DNA of 64,000 bases from Chloropicon primus (GCA_023205875.1 CP060765.1:496001-560000), one strand, 5' to 3'; positions 39,003 to 49,084 are shown, numbered from the stretch's first letter. Notes: a model not told the origin generated them from the letters alone. Made by a program: numbers and translations.

Positions 39003-42000
39003 ATGCAGCGAGGGGCGCTGAAGGAGCGCTTCTACCCGAAGAAGGTCGTCGCAGCTCCGGAGAATCGGCGGCTATCACCGCTCTCTCAACCCACCGTGTC
39101 GAGGAAGCCTTTGGAGGTTTTGGAGAAGGAGAATGAGGATGGGAACCTCCCAGTGCTGAGGCCGGGGTCGTCACCTCTCTCGAGAGGGAAGGAGGACCAC
39201 GCGGTTGGGGGGCAGATGCCTGGCGATGTGAGTCTGGGGATGAAGCAGCTGAAGCAGGAGATCAAGCGGGCCAGGGAGGCCGGGGATAAGCTCGCGGAAG
39301 GCCTGTCCCTGATCCGCTTGGCCGAGGTAAAGCTGGAGAACCACGGCAGCCAGAAGGGGAAGCCGGCGAGTTCGTACGCCTTTCACGGGGCGGAGCTCCT
39401 CCTGAACACTGGGAACATTCCCGAGGGGCTCGAGGGGATACGGCTGTACACGCAAGCGAAGCACGTCGAGAGTGTGGAGAGCACGAAGCGGTCCAAGTAC
39501 TTCTTGTCGTATCAAAGCTGCTGCTCCAGCGAGAGGGAACAAACGCAGAGGGACATCACTGTGTTTGACGCTTTTACCAAGGTCGTCGCGAAGTGGGGCA
39601 ACGCCTTGGGGGAGATTGCGATACTGGAGCAGATTCAGAAGTCGTACTCGAGGAACAAGCCCACTCTCAAAGACTTCGTGTTCTTCGATCAACTGGAAAG
39701 GATCACGGCGACGGACTACCGGTACATCCGTTTCCTGAGGGAAGAGCTGTGTTACGCGACCAGGTTCGTGACTTACTCGAGGGACCTGGACGAGGACGAG
39801 CCGCCAAGGCGAAAGTACCTCCTCAAGTCGCTGCTCTGGAAGGCCGCGGTGTGTCTCAAGCTATCGCGCGGGGTCCACTGGTTGGTTCCCAAGAAGGCCG
39901 AGGAGTGGAACGTGGAGTGCCAGTCGGCCCTCGAGGAGGTGAAGAGCCTTGAGACAGACAGTGACAAAAATTATGGAGTGCAGAGGCTTTGCATGGAAAG
40001 CGAGTTGCTCCTCCTCCAAGGAAGCGGCCAAGACGCTTTGGAGGTGGCTTCCAAGGCCCTGGGAATGGGAAAGGCGGGCGGGAGCCACCTGCAAGTGATG
40101 TGGTCCTCAGTAGCAAAGGCGAGAATTTTGGTTCAATTGAGCCAATTTGAGGACGCCTTGGGGGTCCTCAAAGGCGCCTTGTACTTTGCTGAGAGCAAGC
40201 TCGACGAGAACGTGAAGCTGGACGTGTACCGCTGCGTGGAGTGCCTGCAACTGAAGCTTGGCCTGAAGCTGAAGATCTCCGCCCTCGAGAGCCAGCTGAC
40301 TGTGCAGGGCAACCAAATGGCGCTCTCGTCGGGAATGAAGCTAGAAAGGATGACGTACCTGGCCCAGATAGTGCAGAAGGAGAAGGAAATAAAGAATTGG
40401 GACAAGGTCGTCGAGTTTGCGACCGACTTGAGTGAGATGGCTGCCCTGGAGAACAACTCCTGGGAGTTTCTAGTGGAAGTCTCCGAGGCTCACTACATGC
40501 TGGGCTCCTGGCCCAAAGTTGCCGTGACATCAAGCGAGGCCATGGCGATGGCGGATGCCTACAATTCTTGCCTGGGGAAGTGCAAGGCCTTGTTTTTCAG
40601 GGCGCTCTCCCGCATCGCAATAGGGGAATACAGCTTGGCCGAATCTGACCTTGAGTCTTGCGCGGATCCTGCGGCGCCCGAGTCGGAGGGCGCGGCGAGG
40701 ACAGTACAACGGGCGTGCCTCAACCTCCTGTCCCTGATCCATGGCTTTGTTCACGAGATGGAGGGGAAGGCGCTGGAGTACCAAGCCGCGGCTGAGAAGA
40801 TGAAGCCTGCCAAGGAGGAGGAGAAGCCGCCGCAACCCCAGAAGGTCAAGCAGGCAGTGAAGGTCGACAAATTCAAGGATTTCCGGGTACTGAAGAAGAT
40901 GGAATTCGGCATCACTTGTGATGAGCAGAACAAAAAGCTGCTAGATCTCATGTACGCTCATGCCAGCGCCGAGGGCGTGGCTCCCTCCAGGGTAGTGGAG
41001 CGGGCCCTCGCAGGGCTCGCGCTGGACAGCAGCAGGGCCTTGAAAGTCCGAGCTAAGGGGGAACTGGGTTGTGAAATGTCGGACGCGGATGCCAGAATCC
41101 TGGTCAATGTCATCTTCAGCGCGGAGGTGTGCAATCTCTACGAATTCGATGGAATCGCTCTTGAGATGCCCGGAAACAACCTTGGCAACAACACGGTGAA
41201 GGCCATCTGCAGCAAGATACAGGAAAACCCTTCGAGAAACGTTAGGCTCGTGGGCTTGGATCTCTCGAACAACAACCTCTCCTCCGGAAGTATCACTGCC
41301 CTGAGCAGGTGCGAGAAGATAAGGTCTCACCTGGACACTTTGCTCTTGAGTGGAAACCGGAGATTGCTGAGCAGTCAAGGGGACATCCGCGCTCTGGAGG
41401 CCATGTTTTCAATCAAGCCCAAGATGAATTTCGATGCTCAGGGCACGATGCTGAGCGACGAGGAGAACAAGCGGCTCACCAAATTCAGGACGCAGGCGGC
41501 CTTAGCTCTTTGGAGGCAGGAAGGCCAACGCGAGGAACGCGAAGACACGTTCGTGAAAAGGCCCGCAGCTGATTCTGGGTTTGCGACTCGCGTTAGCTTC
41601 CGTGTAGCCCAGAGCCTAGCAGAGGATAGAGCTATCTTGAGATCTATGTCTGTCGGGAACAGCGAGACCAGCAGGGTCCTGAGCCGCAGGAGCGAGCACA
41701 GAAAGATCCGGAAGAGAAAGAGGCAGAGGGAAAATTGGGAGACCAAGAGGAAGATGTTCGAAAATTGGCCCGAAGAGCCCTCTCCCGACGTCCTCGAGGT
41801 GAACGACGGGGAAGAGGAAAATCCTTCTCGACTTGAGGTGAGTTCTGGCTTGAGCCTGAGCAACAGCCACAGCGAAACGGACGAGGAGGACTTCTTGAGG
41901 GACGACGCGTCCTCTCTCTCGTCCCACAGCGACGCCTCCCAGGACAGGACCAGGGTGAACAAGAGGAAGACTTTCGAGGAGGAGGACTGGAGGGAGGCCC

Positions 42001-42164
42001 TGAAGAAGCTGCGTCAGAACCACCTGCCCCACAAAGCCGGCAGCGCGGGTGTGGGTCTGGACGAGGGGCAATCCCCCAGCGACAGCGAGGAGGAGGAAGT
42101 CGGAGAATCGGTGAGCTGCACGAGCGACAGCTTCTCGCCAAAGTACAAAACACAGCAGCGCTGA
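39003..42164 (+). CDS. TPR + LRR protein, TONSOKU/BRUSHY1-like (divergent)
   Basis: Helical TPR-like repeats (AREAGDKLAEGLSLIRLAEV, ARILVQLSQFEDALGVL), RNI-like LRRs (MPGNNLGNNTV, LDLSNNNLSS, LLLSGN) and an acidic/basic tail. Ortholog identity is inferred from architecture. Confidence 0.6.
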   Translation: MQRGALKERFYPKKVVAAPENRRLSPLSQPTVSRKPLEVLEKENEDGNLPVLRPGSSPLSRGKEDHAVGGQMPGDVSLGMKQLKQEIKRAREAGDKLAEGLSLIRLAEVKLENHGSQKGKPASSYAFHGAELLLNTGNIPEGLEGIRLYTQAKHVESVESTKRSKYFLSYQSCCSSEREQTQRDITVFDAFTKVVAKWGNALGEIAILEQIQKSYSRNKPTLKDFVFFDQLERITATDYRYIRFLREELCYATRFVTYSRDLDEDEPPRRKYLLKSLLWKAAVCLKLSRGVHWLVPKKAEEWNVECQSALEEVKSLETDSDKNYGVQRLCMESELLLLQGSGQDALEVASKALGMGKAGGSHLQVMWSSVAKARILVQLSQFEDALGVLKGALYFAESKLDENVKLDVYRCVECLQLKLGLKLKISALESQLTVQGNQMALSSGMKLERMTYLAQIVQKEKEIKNWDKVVEFATDLSEMAALENNSWEFLVEVSEAHYMLGSWPKVAVTSSEAMAMADAYNSCLGKCKALFFRALSRIAIGEYSLAESDLESCADPAAPESEGAARTVQRACLNLLSLIHGFVHEMEGKALEYQAAAEKMKPAKEEEKPPQPQKVKQAVKVDKFKDFRVLKKMEFGITCDEQNKKLLDLMYAHASAEGVAPSRVVERALAGLALDSSRALKVRAKGELGCEMSDADARILVNVIFSAEVCNLYEFDGIALEMPGNNLGNNTVKAICSKIQENPSRNVRLVGLDLSNNNLSSGSITALSRCEKIRSHLDTLLLSGNRRLLSSQGDIRALEAMFSIKPKMNFDAQGTMLSDEENKRLTKFRTQAALALWRQEGQREEREDTFVKRPAADSGFATRVSFRVAQSLAEDRAILRSMSVGNSETSRVLSRRSEHRKIRKRKRQRENWETKRKMFENWPEEPSPDVLEVNDGEEENPSRLEVSSGLSLSNSHSETDEEDFLRDDASSLSSHSDASQDRTRVNKRKTFEEEDWREALKKLRQNHLPHKAGSAGVGLDEGQSPSDSEEEEVGESVSCTSDSFSPKYKTQQR

Positions 42165-42246
42165 ACACGTCTTTGGGGTATCCTTTATAATACATGACAT
42201 GGCGAGAGAATGCTTTAGTGATTCATATACGTCGCCCTCGCTGCTC

Positions 42247-43218
42247 TCAGGACGTCATCCCGGCTGCCCTCTGCATCTGGCGCATCACGTCCAGTTGTTG
42301 CAACCAACCCTCAAGAGCCTCGCTCTCCTTCTCTAGACCAGAATCCATGCCTCTCAGCATGGTCGCCGAGGCGGCCGCGAGGACGCAGCCGACCGACTCC
42401 TTTGTGAACTCCGCAGCCACATCTTCCCTCTCCATGGCGTGGCTCCTAAAGAGGTCCTCCTTGAAGGCCCGCTGGATTCTCTGCCTCGACCTTCTCACCG
42501 CACCGAGCCTGCCTGAGATGTCCTGCATCATAATGTCAAACCACTCCTCCTGGTGGCTCCTTTCCTTTCCTTCTTGCCCTTCCTCGTCCGTCTTCGACAA
42601 GGTCGTGTCGACCTTCCTCCTTATGGCGCCGAACTTGGCCTTGTTCACGGGCAGGAGGTGCTCGACCAACGTGTTCCAGTCCTCCGGCCGCTCCCTCGTC
42701 TCTCTCGCCAACTCCTCCGGCACCGCCGCGAGGTTCTCCGCCACCGCGGCGACTTCCTCGCCCCCCTCCTCGTTCTTCGGCTCGTCCTCCGCCTCGGAAG
42801 TCGTCTCCTCCTCGTCCGCCTCTCCCGCTTTCCACTCCTCCTCCTTCACTTGTGGTGGTGCTGGCTCGAGCGAGGCAGCGGGAGGAGCGCACAAAGTCGG
42901 AACCGCTTCCTTCTCCGCGCCGTCAAGGGAAGCCAACCCGCTCGCAATAACATCCTCACTCTTCACCACGCCCGTGGCCACCTTGCCCAACACATTCTCG
43001 TCCACCCTTTGCAGCGGTTGCTTTTTCTCATCACGAGGGAGGTCGAGGAGTTCGTCCTCCGCGGCGGCCGGGTAACTGTAACTCTTCTCCGTCGCAGACA
43101 CAAGTCTGTGGTGTGATTGCGCTAACGAGGAGAACGTGTTCTCCTTGGCCTCCTCGGTCTGCCCCTCTCGCCCCGTCATCGTCAGTGCCGGTCCGACCCT
43201 CGTCACCGTGGCCTCCAT
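42247..43218 (-). CDS. Hypothetical acidic protein with helical C-terminus
   Basis: Intact 323-aa ORF with coding-like composition, converging on the previous gene across an AT-rich gap. Family not recognised. Confidence 0.65.
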   Translation of the reverse strand: MEATVTRVGPALTMTGREGQTEEAKENTFSSLAQSHHRLVSATEKSYSYPAAAEDELLDLPRDEKKQPLQRVDENVLGKVATGVVKSEDVIASGLASLDGAEKEAVPTLCAPPAASLEPAPPQVKEEEWKAGEADEEETTSEAEDEPKNEEGGEEVAAVAENLAAVPEELARETRERPEDWNTLVEHLLPVNKAKFGAIRRKVDTTLSKTDEEGQEGKERSHQEEWFDIMMQDISGRLGAVRRSRQRIQRAFKEDLFRSHAMEREDVAAEFTKESVGCVLAAASATMLRGMDSGLEKESEALEGWLQQLDVMRQMQRAAGMTS

Positions 43219-43301
43219 CCCCGCGCCACTTTCTGCCCCTTTTCAAAAAAAAATCACTCAAACCTCGCGGGAGAAAACTCGGGAAACTTGAAAACAAGTG
43301 C

Positions 43302-43670
43302 ACTCATCCCAGGGACAAGAGTCAGAGCAAAGCCAGGAGCAGGGCAAGAGCAAGAGCAAGAGCAGGGCAGGGACCAGGTGAGTACTGGGACGGGGAGGGC
43401 AGCCCGAGGGAAGGCGAGGGTCTCGATCTGTCGTGCCCAGGATCTCGCTTCAAAAGAGAAGTGGACGAGAGACTGAAAAAATCGAAAAAGTTTACTCATC
43501 CCAGGGACAAGAGTCAGAGCAAAGCCAGGAGCAGGGCAAGAGCAGGGCAGGGACCAGGTGAGTACTGGGATGGGGAGGGCAGCCCGAGGGAAGGCGAGGG
43601 TCTCGATCTGTCGTGCCCAGGATCTCGCTTCAAAAGAGAAGTGGACGAGAGACTGAAAAATCGAAAAAAG
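43302..43670. repeat. Near-perfect tandem duplication (~180 bp unit, 192 bp period)
   Basis: ACTCATCCCAGGGACAAGAGTCAGAGC...GACTGAAAAA-TCGAAAAA at 43302-43490 and 43494-43670. Copy 1 has two extra CAAGAG units. A degenerate third start lies at ~43685. Confidence 0.95.
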
Positions 43671-43820
43671 GTTGTTTGCTTCATTCAATCCCAAGGACAA
43701 GGACTGTGTGGGAATAGAGCAGAGAGAGAGAGAGCCGATGACGACGTAAGTACGTAGGAGGGTGGCAGTACACATCGAGTGTGCATCACGCATATCGAGT
43801 CAACAACGCAGCAGGGCGGC

Positions 43821-45740
43821 ATGACGCCCTCCTCGAACCACCCGGCGGCCGCGGAGACGGGCAAGTGGAAGTACGCCGCGACGGCTGTGGGTCTCGTCCT
43901 CCTGGTGGTGACGTGCGCGGTGGGCCTGGGGTTGGCGGACTTTGCGTTCGACAGGGGGGCCGTGGGGGAGCCCATGGCCAAGATCGCCTCCCAGCTGCTC
44001 TTCAAGTCGACTGATCTCCAAGTCAGCGACCCTGCAACGACGGGCGCTGCGGGCCGGCCAAGCAAAGCCTCTGCTGGTGGCGCGAAGAAGGGGAAGAAGA
44101 AGGGGAAGAGGAAGAAAAAGAAGAAATCGAAGCCGAAGTCGTACGACCTGGCGTCCTACAAGCTGACACGTGAGCTCGTGGACAAGTACGCCAAGGACAA
44201 CTTCATCACCGTCTCGTTCGGGAACCTTTATTACATCGGGTTCATCGAGAACTGGGTGAGGCATCTCCAGGAGATGGGAGTGACCAACTACATCGTGGGC
44301 GCCATGGATGACGAGGCGCTCAAGGGCCTCATAGACAGGGACATCAACGCCTTCTCGATGTCCCACAGCTTCCCCCAGAGCGACTTCGGCTGGGGCAGCA
44401 AAACGTTCTACAAGATGGCGAGGAGGAAGATCAAGCTGATCAAGGAGTTCCTGGAGATGGGCTTGGACGTCATGGTCAGCGACGTGGACACCGTCTGGTT
44501 GCAGGACCCCAACGTTTTTTTCAAGAAGCACCCGAGCCTGGACATCATGACGAGCACCGATGCCCTGAGGACGTCGTCGCCAACTGGCCAGACCCTGGAG
44601 GACGCCGACAAGACGAGGGAGGCGTACAACATCGGGATTCTGTACTTCAGGAGCACGGCCGCCACCAAGGAGTTCCTGAACGAGTGGGTACGACTGATCG
44701 AGGCGGACAAGGACTACTGGGACCAGAACGCTTTCAACGACCTGCTGAGGAGGGACTTCAAGCTCGGGGAGGGGAACCAGTACTTCAAGGCGTACGGGGA
44801 CCGGGTCTCGGTGGGGATCCTTCCCGTCAGCTCGTTCTGCAACGGCCACACGTACTTCGTGCAGTCGATGCCGCAGAGTTTGGGCGTGGAGCCTTACGTG
44901 GTTCACGCCACGTTTCAGTACTCGGGGACGGAGGGAAAGAGGCACAGGTTCAGGGAAAGAATGTTGTGGTACGACCACCCCGAGTACTACGCCCCGGACA
45001 ACGGGGTCTTGGTGTACGACGCGGACCTGCCCCAGGAGCTGCTGGACGGGGGCGCCTTCAAGGGCTTGAGGCTGGAGCTGAAAGACACCAAAGGTCACTT
45101 TGACCTCGTGAACCACCAGCTCAAGCAGATCAGGCATGCGATGGGCATCGCCAAGGCCCTGAACAGGACTCTCGTCATGCCAAAGCTGTTCTGCGGGAAT
45201 GACAGGTGGTGGGCCCCGCACGACGGCACCATTCCGGGCTCGGCCTTCGAGAGGCCATTCGTTTGCCCCCTCGATCATGTCATCGACGTGAACGTCTTGG
45301 TGAACCGCAAGTACGTGGACATCAGGGAGTATTCTTTCCTGGAAAACCAGCGGACGCCCCGAGAGTTCAGGGACTCGCAGGCCCTCGTCAGGGTGTGCGG
45401 GCCGGGGGAGGGCGAGTGCTCCGGGGGGGACCCAGAGTCCGGGCCTGTGGTGAGCCTCCCCCCCCACTTGGACGACGCCCAGATCAAGAACCATTTGGCG
45501 TCCTACTCCCAGTACAAGGTTCTCCGCTTCGACTCCATGTTGAACGCCTTCAAGGGGTTCTCTGCCCCCGCCGAGGAGAGCGAGTTCCGGGCCGTCGTCG
45601 AGGGCATGATGGGGATCTGGTGCTGCGTGAGGGCGCCCACGGGGCACATCTGGTACGACATGTTGTGGGACGTCGTGCCGCACGTCGACAAGCACAACAG
45701 GAAGTGGGACGCCCCGTGGGAGATGAAGCTGGGGCCTTGA
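43821..45740 (+). CDS. XEG113: GT77 extensin arabinosyltransferase XEG113-like
   Basis: Type II TM. NWVRHLQEMGVTNYIVGAMD, DFGWGS, SDVDTVWL (DxD), WDQNAFND, FCNGHTYFVQ, HATFQYSGTEGKRHRFRE and GHIWYD. Confidence 0.92.
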   Translation: MTPSSNHPAAAETGKWKYAATAVGLVLLVVTCAVGLGLADFAFDRGAVGEPMAKIASQLLFKSTDLQVSDPATTGAAGRPSKASAGGAKKGKKKGKRKKKKKSKPKSYDLASYKLTRELVDKYAKDNFITVSFGNLYYIGFIENWVRHLQEMGVTNYIVGAMDDEALKGLIDRDINAFSMSHSFPQSDFGWGSKTFYKMARRKIKLIKEFLEMGLDVMVSDVDTVWLQDPNVFFKKHPSLDIMTSTDALRTSSPTGQTLEDADKTREAYNIGILYFRSTAATKEFLNEWVRLIEADKDYWDQNAFNDLLRRDFKLGEGNQYFKAYGDRVSVGILPVSSFCNGHTYFVQSMPQSLGVEPYVVHATFQYSGTEGKRHRFRERMLWYDHPEYYAPDNGVLVYDADLPQELLDGGAFKGLRLELKDTKGHFDLVNHQLKQIRHAMGIAKALNRTLVMPKLFCGNDRWWAPHDGTIPGSAFERPFVCPLDHVIDVNVLVNRKYVDIREYSFLENQRTPREFRDSQALVRVCGPGEGECSGGDPESGPVVSLPPHLDDAQIKNHLASYSQYKVLRFDSMLNAFKGFSAPAEESEFRAVVEGMMGIWCCVRAPTGHIWYDMLWDVVPHVDKHNRKWDAPWEMKLGP

Positions 45741-45786
45741 TTGATCCAACCGACCGGATCAATCTGTAAAACTACAAAATTTGTTA

Positions 45787-46788
45787 TCATTTCAGCATCC
45801 TTGAGCCCTCTTCCAGCCGCGTGTAGACATAAAGCTCTCCCTGCTTGTCTTCACAGATCCTGAGGTCCTTGTCGCAGTACGTGCAGTAACTCGTGCACGT
45901 CGGTGGCTTGCTGTTCCACGGCAGCAACTTCCAAACAAAGTTCACTGGAAACTTTCTATTCAGGAGCCAAGCCAGGAAAAACGGCGGCCGCGGGATCCCT
46001 TCAACGCTCTCCACTTCGGTTTCCTGAAGCTCAAAGGTCATCTTAACGCGATCCTCCCCCTCCTCCAGCTCTGCTTCCAAGTTGGTCGCGTAAGACGCCA
46101 CCCGGCCCCCGAACGTGGGAAGGAGCTTGAACCAACCCACGATGGGTATGACCGTCAGCCGGAACAGGATGGTGTCAAACGTGCTGCTCAGAGTCTTGGA
46201 CTCGCAATCGATCGTTTGGGTCACGAGGCCAACCGTGCTCGCTCCCCAGGACATGACTTGCAGCTCGTGAAGACGGAAGAACAGCGTCGCGGAGGGCACG
46301 GCAGTGGACTCGTCGCTCCAGGGCGCGTGCCAGGTGTACCCGTCCATCGATTCCGAGATCGCCATGAAGAAAGGCGAGCACCTGAAGAGTTGTGCTGTGC
46401 TGTACACCAGCTCCCAGCTCCCGTTCTGGGCCGAGGCGTCCGAGGCGAGCAGGTTCCCTCCCTGGTCCTTGATCTCGCCGCAGAGTCGCCTCGCCTCCGT
46501 CTCTTTGCCAGCGAAGTACCCCTCCATCTCGTACACGGGCTGGCGGAACAGAAGCTGACCCCGGTCCGACTGCGCCGCCAGGACGTAGAGCTTCGCCTTC
46601 AGGCTCTCCGTCCCAGGCGCCTCCTCAGCCAGAGCCCTCGCCACGGTGGATGTTGTCCCACGACGACCATGATGATGATGATGATGCCGCGGAGCGGTTG
46701 CCGTCCTCCTCGCCAGGTTCCGGGTCGTCGCCCTCCCGATGCAGCAATCGCACCGCGGTGCCGAGCCTAACGCCCGCAATCTCGCCAT
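45787..46788 (-). CDS. Plastid-lipid-associated protein / fibrillin (PAP) domain protein
   Basis: Transit-peptide-like N-terminus. LKAKLYVLAAQSDRG, NGSWELVYSTAQLFRCSPFF and TYCDKDLRICEDKQGELYVY. Confidence 0.8.
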   Translation of the reverse strand: MARLRALGSAPRCDCCIGRATTRNLARRTATAPRHHHHHHGRRGTTSTVARALAEEAPGTESLKAKLYVLAAQSDRGQLLFRQPVYEMEGYFAGKETEARRLCGEIKDQGGNLLASDASAQNGSWELVYSTAQLFRCSPFFMAISESMDGYTWHAPWSDESTAVPSATLFFRLHELQVMSWGASTVGLVTQTIDCESKTLSSTFDTILFRLTVIPIVGWFKLLPTFGGRVASYATNLEAELEEGEDRVKMTFELQETEVESVEGIPRPPFFLAWLLNRKFPVNFVWKLLPWNSKPPTCTSYCTYCDKDLRICEDKQGELYVYTRLEEGSRMLK

Positions 46789-46973
46789 GTCCCTCCGTCG
46801 TCGATGAGTCGGGTTCGGGTTCGGGTTCGGCCGAGCCAAAGCGAAGGCCAAGCGCTTTGAGGGAGAGATCTCCAAGATTTTAAGATCCTCGCCTTGGGGG
46901 AGGGCCTAACTAACTGGAGGAGGACGATGACAATGGTGTTGGTTGGTTGGGAATGGTTTCGGTTAGAATAATA

Positions 46974-48569
46974 TTACAATAAATCGAGCTTCTGGGCCTG
47001 CTTCTTAAGGGTGCCGACGGCTTTGGCGAGGTCCGCGTTGGTGTGCTCCACGTTGACTGCCATCCTGATGCTTTGGCATCCGTCGAACCTGTCCAAAAAG
47101 GTGTACTTGGACAAGGACAAGAAGACGCCTTCCCTCAAGGCCGCGTCCACGAACGTTTGCAAGACCTCCACGGCCTCCACCTCGGAGTTCTGCTTTGCCA
47201 CGAGCTTGAGGTGAACGAAGGGGCTCAAGACGTCTTCGTCGTTCTCCTGGTGGACGCGCAACGACTTGGATTTCGCAAAGGCCTTCCCCAAGAGGTCCCG
47301 GAAGACTTTGGCCTTCTTCGACAGAGCCTGCACGAGCTCTGGCCCCTTCTCCTCCAGCAGGTTCAGCGACTCTATTGCGGCACAGGCCAGGTAAGGGGGC
47401 AGGGAGGCAGAGAACACGTAGCCGGCCCCGCTGAGCCTCTGGTGGTCGCACACCCTCCTGCTCCCGGCGCAGATCCCTCCGATCGACCCGATAGAGTTCC
47501 CCAGGGAGGCCAAGGTGATGTCGACCTGGTCCACCTCGAGGCCGTGGTGCTCCACCGACCCCCGGCCGCTCTTTCCCAGAACTCCCAGAGCCAGGCTCTC
47601 TTCCAAGATCATCCTGAAGTTGTACTTCTCCTTCAGTGCCATGACCCCCTTCAAGGGGCACAGGTCGCCGTAGTTCTGGTAAATTCCCTCCACCACGATG
47701 AACCTCCTCTGAATGCGCTCGAGGTTGGTCTTCCCCTTCTTGTTGTCCTCCCCCGTCACCTGCTGAAGCACCCTTTCGAGGTCCTTGAGGTTGTTGTGCT
47801 CGAAGTAGATGACCGTCGACCTCGACAGAGTGAGGCCGCTCTGGATAGCGTAGTTCACCCCGGAGTCCGCAACAATGACATCACCACTCTTGCAGAACGC
47901 AGGTATCGCGCTCGAGGGCGTGGAGATGTCGTAGCTGTACAAGATGGCCTCCTCCGTTCCCAAGAACTTCGCCATCCTGTCCTCGAACTCGAGGTGAACG
48001 TCAATCGTTCCGTAGAAGCCCCTCGGGCCGCAAGACCCGCACCCGTACCTCTGCAAGGCCTTCTCGCACGCGTCCTCGATCTTCTCGCTGTTCGCAAAGT
48101 TGAGGAAGTTCGTCGACACGAGGTTCATCACCTTCTTGCTCCCGACTTGCACGTGAGGCGCCGACGCCTTCCCTTTCACCACAGGGGTCTTGGCGTACCT
48201 GATCTGCTTCTTGACGGGCGGGTTCTTCCTGGACCTCAACCCGGTGGCGGCCTCGTCGCCATCACTCGCCGTGGCGTACGATGTCGGCGCGAGGGGCTCC
48301 GGCACCCAGTCCTCTATGAGCTCCTCCTGCTCCGCCTTCGACAAGGGCTTCTCCTTCTTCGGCTTGAAGCTCTTCCTCGTGATGAGGTAGAGGATCACGG
48401 CGAAGAGCAAGAGTTCCACCGCGAGGTGGCCCTTGGCCTCGAAAAACCACGCCGGGTGAAGCCTCCCGCCGGGCCTGACGTTGCTCCACACTTCCGACAC
48501 GATCTCATCGACGTGGTTCCTCTTCGACCAGCACCACGCCAAGTTCTCTTTCACCGTTCCTCCGCTCAT
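46974..48569 (-). CDS. LCB1: Serine palmitoyltransferase subunit LCB1
   Basis: ELIEDWVPEPL, YGCGSCGPRGFYGTIDVH, RFIVVEGIYQNYGD and HQRLSGAGYVFSASLPP. The PLP lysine is absent (SLGNS), as expected for LCB1. Confidence 0.95.
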   Translation of the reverse strand: MSGGTVKENLAWCWSKRNHVDEIVSEVWSNVRPGGRLHPAWFFEAKGHLAVELLLFAVILYLITRKSFKPKKEKPLSKAEQEELIEDWVPEPLAPTSYATASDGDEAATGLRSRKNPPVKKQIRYAKTPVVKGKASAPHVQVGSKKVMNLVSTNFLNFANSEKIEDACEKALQRYGCGSCGPRGFYGTIDVHLEFEDRMAKFLGTEEAILYSYDISTPSSAIPAFCKSGDVIVADSGVNYAIQSGLTLSRSTVIYFEHNNLKDLERVLQQVTGEDNKKGKTNLERIQRRFIVVEGIYQNYGDLCPLKGVMALKEKYNFRMILEESLALGVLGKSGRGSVEHHGLEVDQVDITLASLGNSIGSIGGICAGSRRVCDHQRLSGAGYVFSASLPPYLACAAIESLNLLEEKGPELVQALSKKAKVFRDLLGKAFAKSKSLRVHQENDEDVLSPFVHLKLVAKQNSEVEAVEVLQTFVDAALREGVFLSLSKYTFLDRFDGCQSIRMAVNVEHTNADLAKAVGTLKKQAQKLDLL

Positions 48570-48730
48570 GGTCGCCAGCACTCGCACCCCGACTGAACCT
48601 TTCCTCAGTCTCGCTCTCGCTCTGTCTCTTTTCAAATCATCCCTGCCTGCCTTGGTGGAGATGGGACGAGGGTCACGCCATGTGATCATGGACAATCACA
48701 TGGTGGAGATGATGAAGCACCAATGCAGGA

Positions 48731-48805
48731 ATGGATGGGATGGGGATGGGGATGGGATGATGGGGATGGGGATGGGATGATGGGGATGGGGATGGGATGG
48801 TGGGG
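48731..48805. repeat. (GGGAT/GGGGAT)n G-rich microsatellite followed by a poly-C run
   Basis: Visible directly. The C-run is at ~48834-48849. Confidence 0.9.
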
Positions 48806-49084
48806 TCCACCTCCACGTTTTGGGGATGCGCAACCCCCCCCCCCCCCCCGGCTCCTCTCTCGTTTAAGCACGGAGGGAGGAGGGAGGAGGACGGATGCGA
48901 TGACGATGCCGGATGTCAAAACCTGGAGGGGGGAGGAGTCGCAGTGGATGGGATCATGGGATCATGGGGTGGATGAATGAAAGTTGTGCACACGTTGTTA
49001 CAATGAACAGTGCTACGGGGACCGCCCCGTACCTTGCTGATGCGCTGCCGACCGCCCCGTGATGCGCCGATGCATGCGTCCACG

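Noticed and set aside
43800..45749. Long antisense ORF over XEG113 (similar ones over NO66, CTF4, LCB1 and the OPR gene)
   Set aside because: Same antisense artefact. The sense strands carry clear family motifs.
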